Part shown: positions 1-13,156 of the stretch, in pieces
Numbering within the stretch: position 1 is the stretch's first letter
Layout: every line of letters begins with the position of its first letter
NCBI GenBank assembly: GCA_951406725.2
Contig: OX597818.1
Coordinates: 134,974,001 to 135,038,000, forward strand
Source: Octopus vulgaris
Taxonomy: Eukaryota
Direction: 5' to 3'
DNA length: 64,000 bases
Program-made: the position numbers and the translations under genes
Notes under the pieces: generated by a model
Told to the model about the DNA's origin: nothing
Seen by the model: the letters and a program-made list of their open reading frames with translations, nothing else
Databases searched by the model: none

Positions 1-343
1 ACAGATGTCTTAGGCTATGAGGTCTGTGATGTATATAGTGTGCACTATGTAATATAAAATGGTAAATTGCATAGATTTTCAGTTTGCCAGCTTGAGAATG
101 ACTGAAACTTGTCAGGACTGGCAGTCTGATTTTGACAGAGGTGATTCCTTAAATAAAGTCCTAAAAGAATATATTATGATATTCAGCTCCTCTTCTACAT
201 ATTGTAGATCTAAGTTAGTTGATTATTCTACTTAAATATCGAATCCTAAACCAGTAAGTCTACTGAAGTATCACTTCTAATTTTTTTCTCCTTTTTGGCT
301 GCATTCTCATAAAATTCTCGGAGTATCTTGTTTTATTTTAAAA

Positions 344-740
344 CTAGCAGCATCGCCCGGCGTTGCTCGGGTTTGTAAGGGAAATAACTATATAAGCATT
401 TTTAGAGAGTTATAGCCAAAAAATAGCAAAAAAATGCATTAAAAATGGAAAAAATATTATGGTAAATTTTTTTTTAAATCGTTGACTCATCAGACATTTT
501 TAGAGAGTTACTTCCCTTATTTAATAGCGAAAAAATGCATTAAAATGGAAAAAAAATGATGGTAAATTTTTTTTTAAATCGTAGACTCATCGTAGACGCA
601 CGCTAAAACCCAGAAGGGCTCCATATGAATCACGACTATAAGATACCTGGTTTTGGTTAAACTGCACCGCAAAATGTGGGAGTAGTTAGGAATCTAAATC
701 GTAGGAGACAGACACACAACTTCACTTTTATATATAAAGA
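344..740 (-). mobile_element. Non-autonomous Helitron
   Basis: Minus strand begins TC, ends with CCCGAGCAACGCCGGG hairpin then CTAG; inserted between A and T with no TSD; near-identical to 12770 and 40432 copies. Confidence 0.85.
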
Positions 741-995
741 TGTTACAGAGCTTTATAATATCTTTGAGTTTATTCTCTGCATTGTTACATTTATTGTCAG
801 GGTTTTTAATCACATATTAATGTGATTAAAGAGTAAAGAGCAAACAATGTCAGAGGAAACTGACTGGAATTAAGAATCTTAATGAATAAATTTTATATAG
901 AAACTGGATGGTGAAGTTAAAGACATTAGTATTCTAAAGGAAGCAGCTGTCTGTCATATTTAATCCTTTAGATATCAACTTGCCTGGCACTGCCC

Positions 996-1198
996 TACTC
1001 TCTCTCTTTTACTTGTTTCAGTCATTTAACTGCGGCCATGCTGGAGCACCGCCTTTAGTCGAGCAAATCGACCCTGGGACTTATTCTTTGTAAGGCCAGT
1101 ACTTATTTTATCGGTCTCTTTTGCCGAACCGCTAAGTGACGGGGACGTAAACACACACCAGCATCGGTTGTCAAGCAATGCTAGGGGGACAAACACAA

Positions 1199-1231
<33 letters not shown>

Positions 1232-1395
1232 CGACAGGCTTCTTTCAGTTTCTGTCTACCAAATCCACTCACAAGGCATTGGTCGGCCCGGGGCTATAGC
1301 AGAAGACACTTGCCCAAGGTGCCACGCAGTGGGACTGAACCCGGAACCATGTGGTTGGTTAGCAAGCTACTTACCACACAGCCACTCCTGCACCT
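996..1395 (-). mobile_element. tRNA-derived SINE family A
   Basis: Minus head AGGAGTGGCTGTGTGG (A box)...GGTTCAGTCCC (B box), internal (TA)n(TG)n, tail ...GACTGAAACAAGTAAAAGAG; many near-identical copies in the window. Confidence 0.9.
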
Positions 1396-1929
1396 GGTTC
1401 TATCGTACAAATTTCTTGTTTAAAAGTGATCTAAATTAAAACTTTTCATCAAAATTGCTCATTAATTTACGTTCCAAGCACCATTTTAACAATGGTAAAG
1501 GTATTGTACTAGCTTCATTATTTTCAAAATTATCTGAAAGTAACATAATTCAACAGAAATATGCTAACAAAAATGTTAATAGAATGGTATGGAGAAAAGT
1601 ATGAAAGATATTGCATGCGACTTCATAAAAGCTGTGAACAGTAAAATGTCATCTTTGTATCTCATGAAGAATTTGTAGGAGTAACATAGTATTACTAAGT
1701 ACCTTGCATTCCAACATGTTCTCATACCAGACTGCTGGAATCCACAATAGGCTTGATCCTATTTTTAAGCCTAGAATATGTGTGTTTGTGTAAGAGCAAA
1801 TAACAAAAACAAAGTGTGGCTCTAAGCATAAAGACGTAGAAAGTAGAATACTACAGAACATGGAGGAAACAAAACAAAATCTATATAAAATATATAGTCT
1901 GTGAGAATACAGAGGACTAAAGAACTTAC

Positions 1930-2031
1930 TTGGTGGAGGTGCAACCCATTGGTTTAACTGACAGTTTGAACTGGGGCTGTTGGCTGGACTGAGCATAGTT
2001 GATAAATTACTGTGGCCATTCATCACATAAC
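1930..2031 (-). CDS. BicC: Probable Bicaudal-C exon, Ser/Pro-rich intervening region (GYVMNGHSNLSTMLSPANSPSSNCQLNQWVAPPP), 102 nt
   Basis: ctctgaag|GTTATG...CCACCAA|gtaagt; phase 1 to 1 fits the previous exon; low-complexity, so homology support is weak. Confidence 0.75.
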
Positions 2032-2216
2032 CTTCAGAGAAATATTTAATAAAAGAAGTTATTCACAGAAATAATTCAAAACTGATTAAATCTAAAATGA
2101 AAAGTAGAATTATATCAAACATCATATTAATATAATTACAGTGATACTTTCAAATATTGTCGATCAGTATATGACAGGTGTAAGCTTAATTTCACTTGTT
2201 TAATGTTCAAATTAGC

Positions 2217-2872
2217 CAGATCCAGCCTTTCACACCTACCCTACAATGTCATTCTAAAAATGACAATCGCAACATCAAAATCTCAAACCTTATAAGATCA
2301 GATCTGGCCTTTCACACCTACCCTACAATGTCATTCTAAAAATGACAATCACAACATCAAAATCTCAAACCTTATGAGATCAGATCTGGCCTTTCACACC
2401 TAACCTACAATGTCATTCAAAAATGACAATCACAACATCAAAATCTCAAACCTTATGAGATCAGATCTGGCCTTTCACACCTAACCTACAATGTCATTCC
2501 TAAAAATGACAATCACAACATCAAAATCTCAAACCTTATGAGATCAGATCTGGCCTTTCACACCTAACCTACAATGTCATTCTAAAAATGACAATCACAA
2601 CATCAAAATCTCAAACCTTATGAGATCAGATCTGGCCTTTCACACCTAACCTACAATGTCATTCTAAAAAGAACAATCACATCATCAAAATCTCAAACCT
2701 TATGAGATCAGATCTGGCCTTTCACACCTACCCTACAATGTCATTCTAAAAAGGACAATCACATCATCAAAATTTCAAAGCTTATAAGATTAGATCTGGC
2801 CTTTCACACCTGCCTTACAATGTCATTCTCAGAATGACAATCACAGCATCAAAATCTCAAAGCTATGAGATA
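2217..2872. repeat. Minisatellite, ~82-nt unit, about 8 copies
   Basis: gatcagatctggcctttcacacctaacctacaatgtcattc...aaaccttatga repeated. Confidence 0.95.
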
Positions 2873-3001
2873 ATGCGTGCTTAATTCAAAACAATATGAC
2901 TAAATAAAAATTACATTTTACAGAGTAATCTAAACGAAATCCTTATTTTTAAACAATCAGCATTTAATATTTACAAGAGAAAAATCCAAAGTTTTACTTA
3001 C

Positions 3002-3176
3002 CTAGAGAAGATAATCCAAGCATATTAGTGTTTGGATTGTTAATGGTACCATTAGTGCTAGCACTGCAAGGTGGTGGTAGACTGTTGTTGTTGGTTTCTT
3101 TATCCAAACCCAACAACTGAATTCGAGCATCGTACATGTTAGCAGCATTCCTCTCAACACTTTTCACAATGACAGA
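3002..3176 (-). CDS. BicC: Bicaudal-C exon (SVIVKSVERNAANMYDARIQLLGLD...LGLSSL), 175 nt
   Basis: gagcag|TCTGTC...TCTCTAG|gtaagt; phase 0 to 1; SVIVKSVERNA motif then start of the S/N-rich linker. Confidence 0.94.
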
Positions 3177-3306
3177 CTGCTCATGTAAAGAAATGCATAA
3201 AAAGATGGAATTACAGGACAGTTATTCTCATTAGGTTTCATTTTTAATCGAAGCTTCATCACAACCAACAGCTTCCTTGAAATACCACTTTCCTTGAAGC
3301 TAGACT

Positions 3307-3862
3307 TACTCTTACTCTTTACTCGTTTCAGTCATTTGACTGCGGCCATGCTGGAGCACCGCCTTTAGTCGAGCAAATCGACCCCGGGACTTATTCTTTG
3401 TAAGCCCAGTCGGTCTCTTTTTGCCGAACTGCTAAGTGACGGGGACGTAAACACACCAGCATCGGTTGTCAAGCAATGCTAGGGGTACAAACACAGACAC
3501 ACAAACACACACACATACATATATATACCTCTTACCTGTTTGTGTCTGCCTTCCAATTGCTGTTTTTACTGAGATCTCCCTTTTTAGTAGAAGAAATAGC
3601 TATAACTCTTTGACTGCTATTTCTAAATTCGGTATGTGGTAAGGCAATTCGTGCCAAACCCTTTATTGCTTAGTATTATATATATATATATATATAAATA
3701 TATACGACGGGCTTCTTTCAGTTTCTGTCTACCAAATCCACTCACAAGGCATTGGTCGGCCCGAGGCTATAGCAGAAGACACTTGCCCAAGATGCCACGC
3801 AGTGGGACTGAACCCGGAACCATGTGGCTGGTAAGCAAGCTACTTAACACACAGCCACTCCT
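3307..3862 (-). mobile_element. SINE family A with ~150-nt insert (3527-3675)
   Basis: Both halves match family A; foreign sequence sits in the internal microsatellite. Confidence 0.85.
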
Positions 3863-4766
3863 ATAGAGTTTACTTAACTAATGCAAGGGTATATTTTCTG
3901 TATTCAAACATGATGAAAATGACATGATTAAACAGACACCATGGTAACTGGTGTTGGTTTGCATTAGTAAGACTTGAACCATTTACTAAAAGTGACAAAA
4001 AGCGTGCAGTTAACTTGCTGCAAGGAGTAGAAAACCAAATGTTTTGGACAGAAGCCTTCTTCAAGGACAAGCTGATAGGAGAGAAATTATGGAGACAGCA
4101 GAGTTTTGCAACCAATTTTGCTGCCTTTCATTGATTTCTCTCTTGTCAACTTTTACCCAAAGAAGAACTTTGTCCAAAATGTTGGATTCCCCACAGCAAG
4201 TTCACTCTTTTTATCGAATTTACTGTGTTATTAGAATAACACATGCTCAAGCATACTGTAGCGTATTGTAGATGCTGATACCTTTCTAGCACAATAGGAA
4301 GAATAGCTCACAGCAGTAAGCAGTGGGAGTACTGTGTAAGTTAGGAGTGCTTTGTTAGTTTTCAATGGGAGTATCTTTGAGAAGAATATGTTCTAACAGG
4401 CATGGAGAGTATCTTTGACAAATTGAGACAGACCCCTACTAACAAGTAACTCACCCCCACACTATGCAAAAAAATTTGCTTTAGTTGAGCCATTGAAGCA
4501 GCCTCTGTGCTATCACTCTCCTGATAGAAATAACAGCCAAATCTTCAAATTAAATTAAATACCAAAACACATTAAATATTGTAGTTCTAGGTAAACAATG
4601 CCAGAACAAAAGAGGAGTGTGGTCATAGCTGGGATGCCTTATTTTTTTTGTCACATGACTGCTGTGCTGGGACAAAACTTCAACATGTTTTAAATTAGAC
4701 AAAATCAGGATTTGAAGACATCTCCAACCCCTTGCTAAGATATATAAAACAAAAAGAGGGATTTAC

Positions 4767-4840
4767 CTTGCTGGGTTGTTTTGGTTTTGACTTGATACTG
4801 ATAAATACATCCAGTTGCTCCATCAACATGCTAATTCTAG
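4767..4840 (-). CDS. BicC: Bicaudal-C exon (ARISMLMEQLDVFISIKSKPKQPSK), 74 nt
   Basis: ttacag|CTAGAA...AGCAAG|gtaaat; phase 1 to 0; LMEQLDVFISIK.KPKQPSK motif. Confidence 0.95.
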
Positions 4841-5701
4841 CTGTAATACACAAAATTTATTGTTATTTAATGAATATCTCCCATTAAACCAGATAAAACA
4901 AATGAATACTGGAAGGTATGACAATTAAAATGTGTCAAAGATGAAGATTGGCCAAAAATACATACATCACCTTACACTCACCTCATAAAAAGATATTGAT
5001 AATTATTGATGCTTACCAAATATAAATATATATACAGAGATAATTATTTTAATCTAATAACTTAAAATTAACACATTGTCAATATATCACTGTAAGAGGT
5101 CAGAAATTCAGACCTATTTGACAAAATATGCTTTATCATTATCATCATCATTTAGCATCCATCTTCCATGCTGGCATGGGTTGGACAGTTCAGCAGAATC
5201 CAATGACCTGGAGGAATGAGTCAAGCTTTACAGAGTGCACTGGGAGTTTTTTTTTCAAGGTACTGACCCTAGTGAGGTCACCATGCAGTTTGCAAGACTA
5301 AGGTTCCCTTTAACTGAGTAAAGAGGGAGGCACCTTTATGCTAGGCAATGAGAGGTTAAAGAATGAGAGAAGGGACCAAAAGAGAATGGGGATTTTTGCT
5401 GCAGAGGAGCTACATGGCTAATAATTTAGAAGAGAGAAGAAAGTGACCAAGGTGGGGCTGGAAAGAGATAAAATAGTGGTGATGATGAGTTGGGAGGCCT
5501 CAAGATACAAGGTGAGTAGAAGTGGGGATCAAAAAACAAGGAGTGGTGAGTAGAGATTGAAAGTGAGTAGAGATTGAAAGAATATATGGGGAGAGTGAGA
5601 AATTATTAGGTATGGGGAGTGGATGAGGGGATGATATAATGAATGGAACAAGTCTTGAGGGATGATAATTATATGTTGTATGGAAGAGTAGATGATGACT
5701 G

Positions 5702-5958
5702 TAGTGGTTCTCAACTAGGGTCCATATGGCCCTTACAGGTCCATATAAGATTTTGTTATTAAATGTATCTGCTCAGTAAATTGGTTATACTTCTAAAATG
5801 CACAAAATATTTTAATAATTTTCTTTATACAATCCCTAATAAAATTTAATTATAAAACTATAATAGGATATTTTAAACATCAAATGACTACAGGGGTCCA
5901 GTTGAGTGAAATAAGGATCAAAGAGCGTCCATAAGTAGAAAATGGTTGAGAACCACCG
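5702..5958. mobile_element. hAT-like MITE
   Basis: Terminal inverted repeats AGTGGTTCTCAAC / GTTGAGAACCAC, Charlie-like; 8-bp TSD not evident. Confidence 0.55.
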
Positions 5959-6196
5959 CTGTAAAGATTAACATTCCTAGTAGTTAGGCAGGTGCCAACC
6001 ATTTATTTGAATTCCTTCAGCAACATCTCTTGTTGTAGCCAAACTAGTATCAACTGTTTATTTGAAACCCTTCATTAAAAACCTCCAGTAGCCAGGCTGG
6101 TGCCAATAATTTATCTGTGGCCCCTAAAAGGGCAGGTAAGGAATAATCTCATGCACTCAGAAGAGAAAGTTTTTACAGAAATGTCTGTTAACTTAC

Positions 6197-6254
6197 CAGG
6201 TTCAATCTCAATGTCTTCTTTGATATCAAACATCAATACAAGGGGCAAACATCC
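6197..6254 (-). CDS. BicC: Bicaudal-C exon (GCLPLVLMFDIKEDIEIEP), 58 nt
   Basis: ttgttag|GGATGT...GAACCTG|gtaagt; phase 0 to 1; GCLPLVLMFD is a BicC motif. Confidence 0.95.
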
Positions 6255-6391
6255 CTAACAAGAAAATAATGAAGCTTATTAAGAAATTATTAATTATTTA
6301 GCAGTCAAATATATTCTAGAAACATGTTAAAATTTCAGGAGAGAATTCAGGGTGGCAGTTAGAATACAACATACAGGGTAGTAGTTGCAAT

Positions 6392-6780
6392 GGATGGAAG
6401 CACTCCGTCGGCTACGATGATGAGGGTTCCGGTTGATCCGAATCAACGGAACAGCCTGCTCGTGAAATTAACGTGTAAGTGGCTGAGCACTCCACAGACA
6501 TGTGTACCATTAACGTAGTTCTCGGGGATATTCAGCGTGACACAGAGAGTGACAAGGCCGGCCCTTTGAAATACAGGTACAACAGAAACAGGAAGTAAGA
6601 GTGAGAGAAAGTTGTGGTGAAAGAGTACAGCAGGGATCACCACCATCCCCTGCCGGAGCCTCGTGGAGCTTTTAGGTGTTTTCGCTCAATAAACACTCAC
6701 AACGCCCTGTCTGGGAATCGAAACCGCGATCATATGACCGCGATGCTGCTGCCCTAACCACTGGGCCATTGCGCCTCCAC
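6392..6780 (-). mobile_element. tRNA-derived SINE family B with TSD
   Basis: Head GTGGAGGCGCAATGGCCCAGTGGTTAGG...GGTTTCGATTCC; tail CTTCCATCC; TSD gtagttgcaat (6381-6391 / 6782-6792). Confidence 0.92.
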
Positions 6781-7184
6781 GGTAGTTGCAATACAGCCTA
6801 CAGGATAATAATCACCACACAACATACAGGATGACAGTCTCCACAGAGCACTCAGGACAACAGTCACAGCATAATATATAAGATGACAGTCGCAATACAA
6901 AATACAGGATGACAACACAACATATTTGAGACTGACTAAAATCCTAATAGCTTACATCATGAGTAGACATTTGAAGGTAATTTATTTTATAAGGAAGGAA
7001 GATAAAGGAAAAGGTCAGTGTTTATGACCTTTGACTCTTGTCCCAACCTGATCAAATGGATGTGGTTGATGTTCAGTCTGAACATCTGCAGGAAAACATA
7101 GGAGGGGGAGGTGGGAGACGACAGAAGAGATGAGGGTGGGTTTGTCAGACATGGTGTCATCAGATCAGATGAGTGCACACACAC

Positions 7185-7627
7185 ACTCTCTCTTTACTCT
7201 TACTCTTTTACTTGTTTCAGTCATTTGACTGCGGCCATGCTGGAACACCGCCTTTAATCGAGCAAATCGACCCCGGGACTTATTCTTTTGTAAGCCCAGT
7301 ACTTATTCTATCGGTCTCTTTTGCCGAACCGCTAAGTAAAGGGGACATAAACACACCAGCATCGGTTGTCAAGCAATGCTAGGGGGACAAACACACTCAC
7401 ACAAACACGCATATATATATACATATATACGACAGGCTTCTTTCAGTTTCCGTCTACCAAATCCACTCACAAGGCTTTGGTCGGCCCGAGGCTATAGAAG
7501 AAGACACTTGCCCAAGGTGCCACACAGTGGGACTGAACCCGGAACCATGTGGCTGGTAAACAAGCTACTTACGGTGTTCCAGCATGGCCACAGTCAAATG
7601 ACTGAAACAAGTAAAAGAATAAGAGTA

Positions 7628-7630
<3 letters not shown>
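7185..7630 (-). mobile_element. SINE family A with 5' end replaced by an inverted copy of the tail
   Basis: 7185-7571 family A minus; 7572-7630 family A tail on plus. Confidence 0.8.
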
Positions 7631-7668
<38 letters not shown>

Positions 7669-7676
7669 TATATTCT

Positions 7677-8020
7677 GAGACCCCCCTTTCGGTCATGATA
7701 CAGAACATGGGATTGCACCTAGAAAGTTACCCTCCCAGGCACAAGTCCGGGCAAGGTTGTTTATGGAAGACCAGCAGTCAGTCGCCCATGCATACCAGTC
7801 TCCCCTCTTCACACCACCAGTGTTATCCAAGGGAAAGGCAACGGCTGATACAGCTTGGCACCCGTGACGTCGCAACTCATTTCTACAGCTGAGTGAACTG
7901 GAGCAACGTGAAATAAAGTGTCTTGCTCAAGAATACAACACTCAGCCCAGTCCAGGATTCGAGCTCACAACCTCACGATCATAAGCTTGACACTCTAACC
8001 ACAGAGCATTGCGCCTTCAC
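7677..8020 (-). mobile_element. tRNA-derived CORE-type SINE (family E)
   Basis: tRNA-like head, then TTGAGCAAGACACTTTATTTCACGTTGCTCCAGTTCACTCAGCTGTAGAAATGAG resembling the CORE domain; second copy at 22851. Confidence 0.75.
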
Positions 8021-8804
8021 TATATATATATATATATACATACACACACACACACACACAAGAGGTTCATAAAATACACACACACACACACATATATATA
8101 CATGAGAACTTAATAAAATATACACATACACATTTGTTACCAATATTCTACAAGAGGTTAATAAAATATATATATATAACTATATGCATTTGTTACCAAT
8201 GTTCTACAAGAGCTTATTAAAATACACACACACACACACACACATTTGCTTCCAATATTGCACTCAGTTTGTATCACAAATTCTTTTTGTCTCACTCAAG
8301 CTATTGTACTTGGGAAATAAGTTTATTGCCATTGTTGTTCAATGAAAATAAAATATTTTCTGGGTCTTTATAGACTTGACTTTACCATGGCAGACACTTA
8401 TTAGAAGCACAGATTACACTGTGGCTAATGATTATGTCAACCAATCATATTGTTACACAAATACAATTAGACATGTTCTGTAAAGACATATAAAGTTTTA
8501 CTATAATTTCTACATTGTGGCATTCAACTTGAACTTGTGATATTGTATTCCAACAAGAGTGAATTAGCAACAGCATGCTTGACTGTTGAATGTCATCACA
8601 CAACACACACACACACAACAGCACAAAGGTACCTTTATCTACATACCAATTTTCATAAAGATTTCAATACCTAAATGTTATAAAGACTGGCTCAGACAGA
8701 AACAATGGAGTGAGGAAACTATACTAATACATGAAAAACAATATGGCTGTCCTATGGCAGCTGAAGACAAAAGAAGTAAATTGTTATTATCGTCATAGAT
8801 TCAG

Positions 8805-8975
8805 ACATGGTCGTGGAGTTAAGAAGATTGTTTTGTAATCAAATGGTTCTGGGTTCAGTTTCACTCTATGGGACCCTAGGCAAGTGCCTTCTACTCTTGG
8901 CTGATCACTACCTTGTAAGTGAATTTGGTATATATGTGGAAACCTATTATAAATGCATGTTTGTGTGTGTGCATG

Positions 8976-9008
<33 letters not shown>

Positions 9009-9019
9009 ATGTGTATATA

Positions 9020-9060
<41 letters not shown>

Positions 9061-9300
9061 CTATATATATATATATATATATATATAAATGTGTGTATCT
9101 ATGTGTGTGTCTGTGTTTGCCCTCTCCTCCACTACTTGACTTAGATTTCCATAACTTAGCAGTTCAGCAAAAGAAACCAATACAACAATAACAGACTTAA
9201 AAAATAAGTATTGGGGTTGGTTTGTTCAACTAAAACCCTTCAAAGTGGTGCCCCAGTATGACCACTGTCCAATGACTGAAACAAGAAAGAAAGATAAACT
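8805..9300 (+). mobile_element. Older diverged SINE family A
   Basis: Degenerate head, expanded internal microsatellite, tail gactgaaacaagaaaga. Confidence 0.7.
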
Positions 9301-12300
9301 AAAAGCAACTGTCAATATTAATTTCAAAAATTGTCTGTCTTTATATTCTAAATTTAAATTCTACCAAGGTCGACTTTACCTTTCATCCCTTCAGGGTCAA
9401 TAAATGAAGCACCAGTTGCATACGGGGGGGGGGGGTGTCAAACTTATCGATTGGCCCCCTCCCCCAAAATTCAAGCCTTATGCCTAGAGTAGAAAAGAAT
9501 ATTAATTTCAAAATATTCTTTTTATTCTGTTTCCAAGTTGGTATGTATCTAAAGAATTTGATGGCCATCTGTATTCATAACTATTTAACACATGAAAAGC
9601 TTGAGTGGTACCTTGAAATCACTTGTGGCATTTGGTACTTAGGTATTCTTAAGTATGTTAATTAAGAAACAATATGACTTGACTTTTGATACCAAACTGC
9701 CTTGGACTGTCCCTGGCTCTATAATAAAACCTTCCTGTTTTAAAATGATATATATTAAACCTGGCCATCAAAATTTCATAATAATTTTTGTTCCAAACAG
9801 CACCTTAATAATGACAAAATTATTTTACTAAATTCATCATTATTTTCAAAATTATCTGAAACAGAAGCAATGTGGAAACAAAAAGGTTAAATGAAGGACA
9901 TAAAGAGGAAGGCCAGTGCCATTCAGCATTTAGATATTGCTTGTTTCATTGACTTTCGGATATTTAATTAGAAAAAAATATTCTATATTCAAATTAACAA
10001 AAATATTAATTTTTACTTTGAGGAATTCTATTCTTCATATATATACTTTCAATGTCCAGTAATTTAGCAAATGAGTTACCAAATCTCTAAGATTATTCGT
10101 TTCGAATTTTGGCACAAGGCCAGCAATTTTGAAGGAGGTGGGTGCTTGATTATATTGACCCCAGTGCTGAACTGATACTTAATTTATTGACCCTGAAAGA
10201 ATGAAAGGCAAAGTTGATCCTGGCAGAAGTTGAACTTAGAACATAAAGATGGACAAAATGCCGCTATGCATTTTATCTGGCACAGTAACAATTCTGCCAT
10301 CTTGCTGCCTTCCATATGTCTAAGATTATTAACATACAAAAACCAATTATAGACACCTGGTTATTAACTGCTTGGGAAATGGTTAACTATTAAGTAAGCA
10401 GATCTGTTTTGAGTTGGTGTGCAAAGTTGAGAGAAAAATCGTCCACAAAAAAGAAAAGTAAACAAATAATTCAAAAAGATGGTAAAGGAAGAATAGGCAT
10501 TCATAGAAAATACTGCAGTAACACAGCATTTCCTACACTTGGAAATATTTTACATGTGTTCATAGAACACTATAAATAGCAGTCAGGGTTGTTGTGTTAT
10601 AGTAACCATTTCACAAGAAACTTTAGGGCTAATCTTTTATGCAATGCTCTAAGACTTACATAACTATATTATTTTTAATAAAAGTACTTTTACCAAAATA
10701 CTTCTTCAACCAATATCTGCAACAGTTACTTTCAGGAATTACATTTATTATTTCTAACACACCCTATATTTAGGAACTCAGCATGGGTTCTTACATGGTA
10801 GCAAGGTTTTAGTATTCTCAACATGCAATAGATATGCACAGTTTTATACATATTTACTTTGTAAAGAAAACTAAATAATTAATTTTTTGTTTCGTAATTA
10901 AGATAGTATCAAATTTAATTGAGTGTCTTAAATTTCTAGTTCCTATATTTTTTAGTATGGCAATTTTTTCCATACAGAAAGAAGTCTTTAATTTTTTATT
11001 CAAGTAATACCAGATAGGTTTCAAACCAAAGAACATCTCCTGGATGACAATAATGGACAAAATTTTGTGAATTTGGAAGGGTTAGTCTATGTTTTTTAAC
11101 ATATGTAATGAATAACTTTGCAAATTTCTGACTAATATTACATACTACTTTAACAATATGAGGTGTCAAATGTTTACATAAGAAAGTTCTGGAAACTATA
11201 ATTATGTTTTTAGTTGTAAAAGTGAGATTATTATTCTTATTATCCAGGCAGCAAGCTGGCAGGATTGTTAACACACCAGACAAAATACTTAATGGTATTT
11301 CTTTTGGCACTTTACGTTTTGAGTTCAAATTCTGCTGAGGCTGACTTTGCCTTTCATCGTTTTAGGCTGATCAAATAAATACCAGTCAAGTACTGGGGTC
11401 AAGGTAGTTGATAATACCCCTCCTCCAAAATTGCTGGCCTTGTTATTCAATCTCTCCTGAGGTTTACTTTGCCTTTCATCCTTTTGGGATGGTGATGAAA
11501 TAAGTACCAGTTGAGTTCTGGGGTTGAAGTTTTCAAATAGCCCCTTCCCCCAAAATCTATCAGTCTCTTTTGCCAAACCGCTAAGAGTTAGGAGATGTAA
11601 ACAAACCAACATTGGTTGTCAAATGGTGTGTGTGTGTGTGTACAGGGGTGTGACACACACACACATATACAATAGGTTTCCACAGATTACATTTATCAAA
11701 TTCACTCACAAGGCATTGGTCAGCCTATGGCTATAACAGAAAACACTTGCACAAGGTGAGCATGCAGTGGGACTGAAACTGAAACCATGTGGTTGTGAAG
11801 ATATCCTCTTAATCACACAGCCATGTCTTTGCCTGTAGTAAGTATATTATCAGCCCACTTCACTAATAGAGATTATAAACTGCCTTTTCACAACAACCCT
11901 ATTAATTAGGAGATTCTCAATATTCAGTCTATCTTAATTTATTTACACACTCCTTAGTATAATCTGCTAGAAATGGAAGCAAAATATCCATCAAAAATCC
12001 CATCATACACTTCGTATCATAGAAAAAGAATATGAATATGCTAAAAGAAATAAATGAGATGGTTATGGTTGGAATGCTTTTACACATAGATTTGTTTGAT
12101 CACAGCTGGCCCAGGATTAAATAATCACATTCATTCTATATCACAGACAGAACTTTTATCATCATGGTAGCCCCTTAAGTTTGAGTAAAATGGTTCTGCA
12201 ATGTCTTACTGAACAACCTGCATAGACGATTTGTTTATAGTGATGAAGTGATCACTATAAACAATGTGCTGTACATTAGCTCCCTCCCTCCATCAAATTG

Positions 12301-12769
12301 ACATTGTATGACTAAGAGATTCGAACTCATGATCCCTCGACCACGAGTCTGCTGTTCTAACCACTAGGCCATGTGCTTCCACCTCATTACCCTTACCACC
12401 ATGGAAATAAATAGTAATAATCCATGATACCAGTAGTGATGTTAATGATATATTTAGTACAGGGAATATTCGTAAGTTAATTAGAAGTGATGAAAAAATA
12501 GTGATGAAAAAATATCAATTAATGATTACTATCATTTTAAAGATTTTGGCAGTCACGGTTGACAACAATAGTCATGTTTCAGATATTGAAATGATTGCAC
12601 AGCAATGAAAGATAAAGTGTTTTGTTCAAGAACACAACACATTGCCTGGTCTGGGAACTGAACCTACGATCTCATGTTTGTGAGTGTAACACCCAAGCCA
12701 CAAACATTACTACTTACTATTTAAATTTCTTTTAATTCCTACATACAGACCTTACCCTTATATAACACA

Positions 12770-13156
12770 CTAGCAGTATCGCCCGGCGTTGCTCGGGTTT
12801 GTAAGGGAAATAACTATATAAGCATTTTTAGAGAGTTATAGCCAAAAAATAGCAAAAAAATGCATTAAAAATGGAAAAAAAATTATGGTAAATTTTTTTT
12901 TAAATCGTTGATGCATTGTAGACATTTTTAGAGAGTTACTTCCCTTATATAATATCGAAAAAATGCATTAAAATGGAAAAAAATTATGGTAAATGTTTTT
13001 TAAAATCGTAGACGCGTGCTAATACCCAGAAGGGCTCGATATGAATCACGACTATAAGATACCCGGTTTTGGTTAAACTGCACCGCAAAATGTGGGAGTA
13101 GTTAGGAATCTAAATCGTAGGAGACAGACAGACAACTTGACTTTTATATATAAAGA
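12770..13156 (-). mobile_element. Non-autonomous Helitron (same family as 344-740)
   Basis: Same TC...hairpin-CTAG termini, A|T insertion site. Confidence 0.85.

Noticed and set aside
6700-6780. tRNA genes at SINE heads
   Set aside because: A and B boxes are present but there is no intact cloverleaf, and each continues into a SINE body
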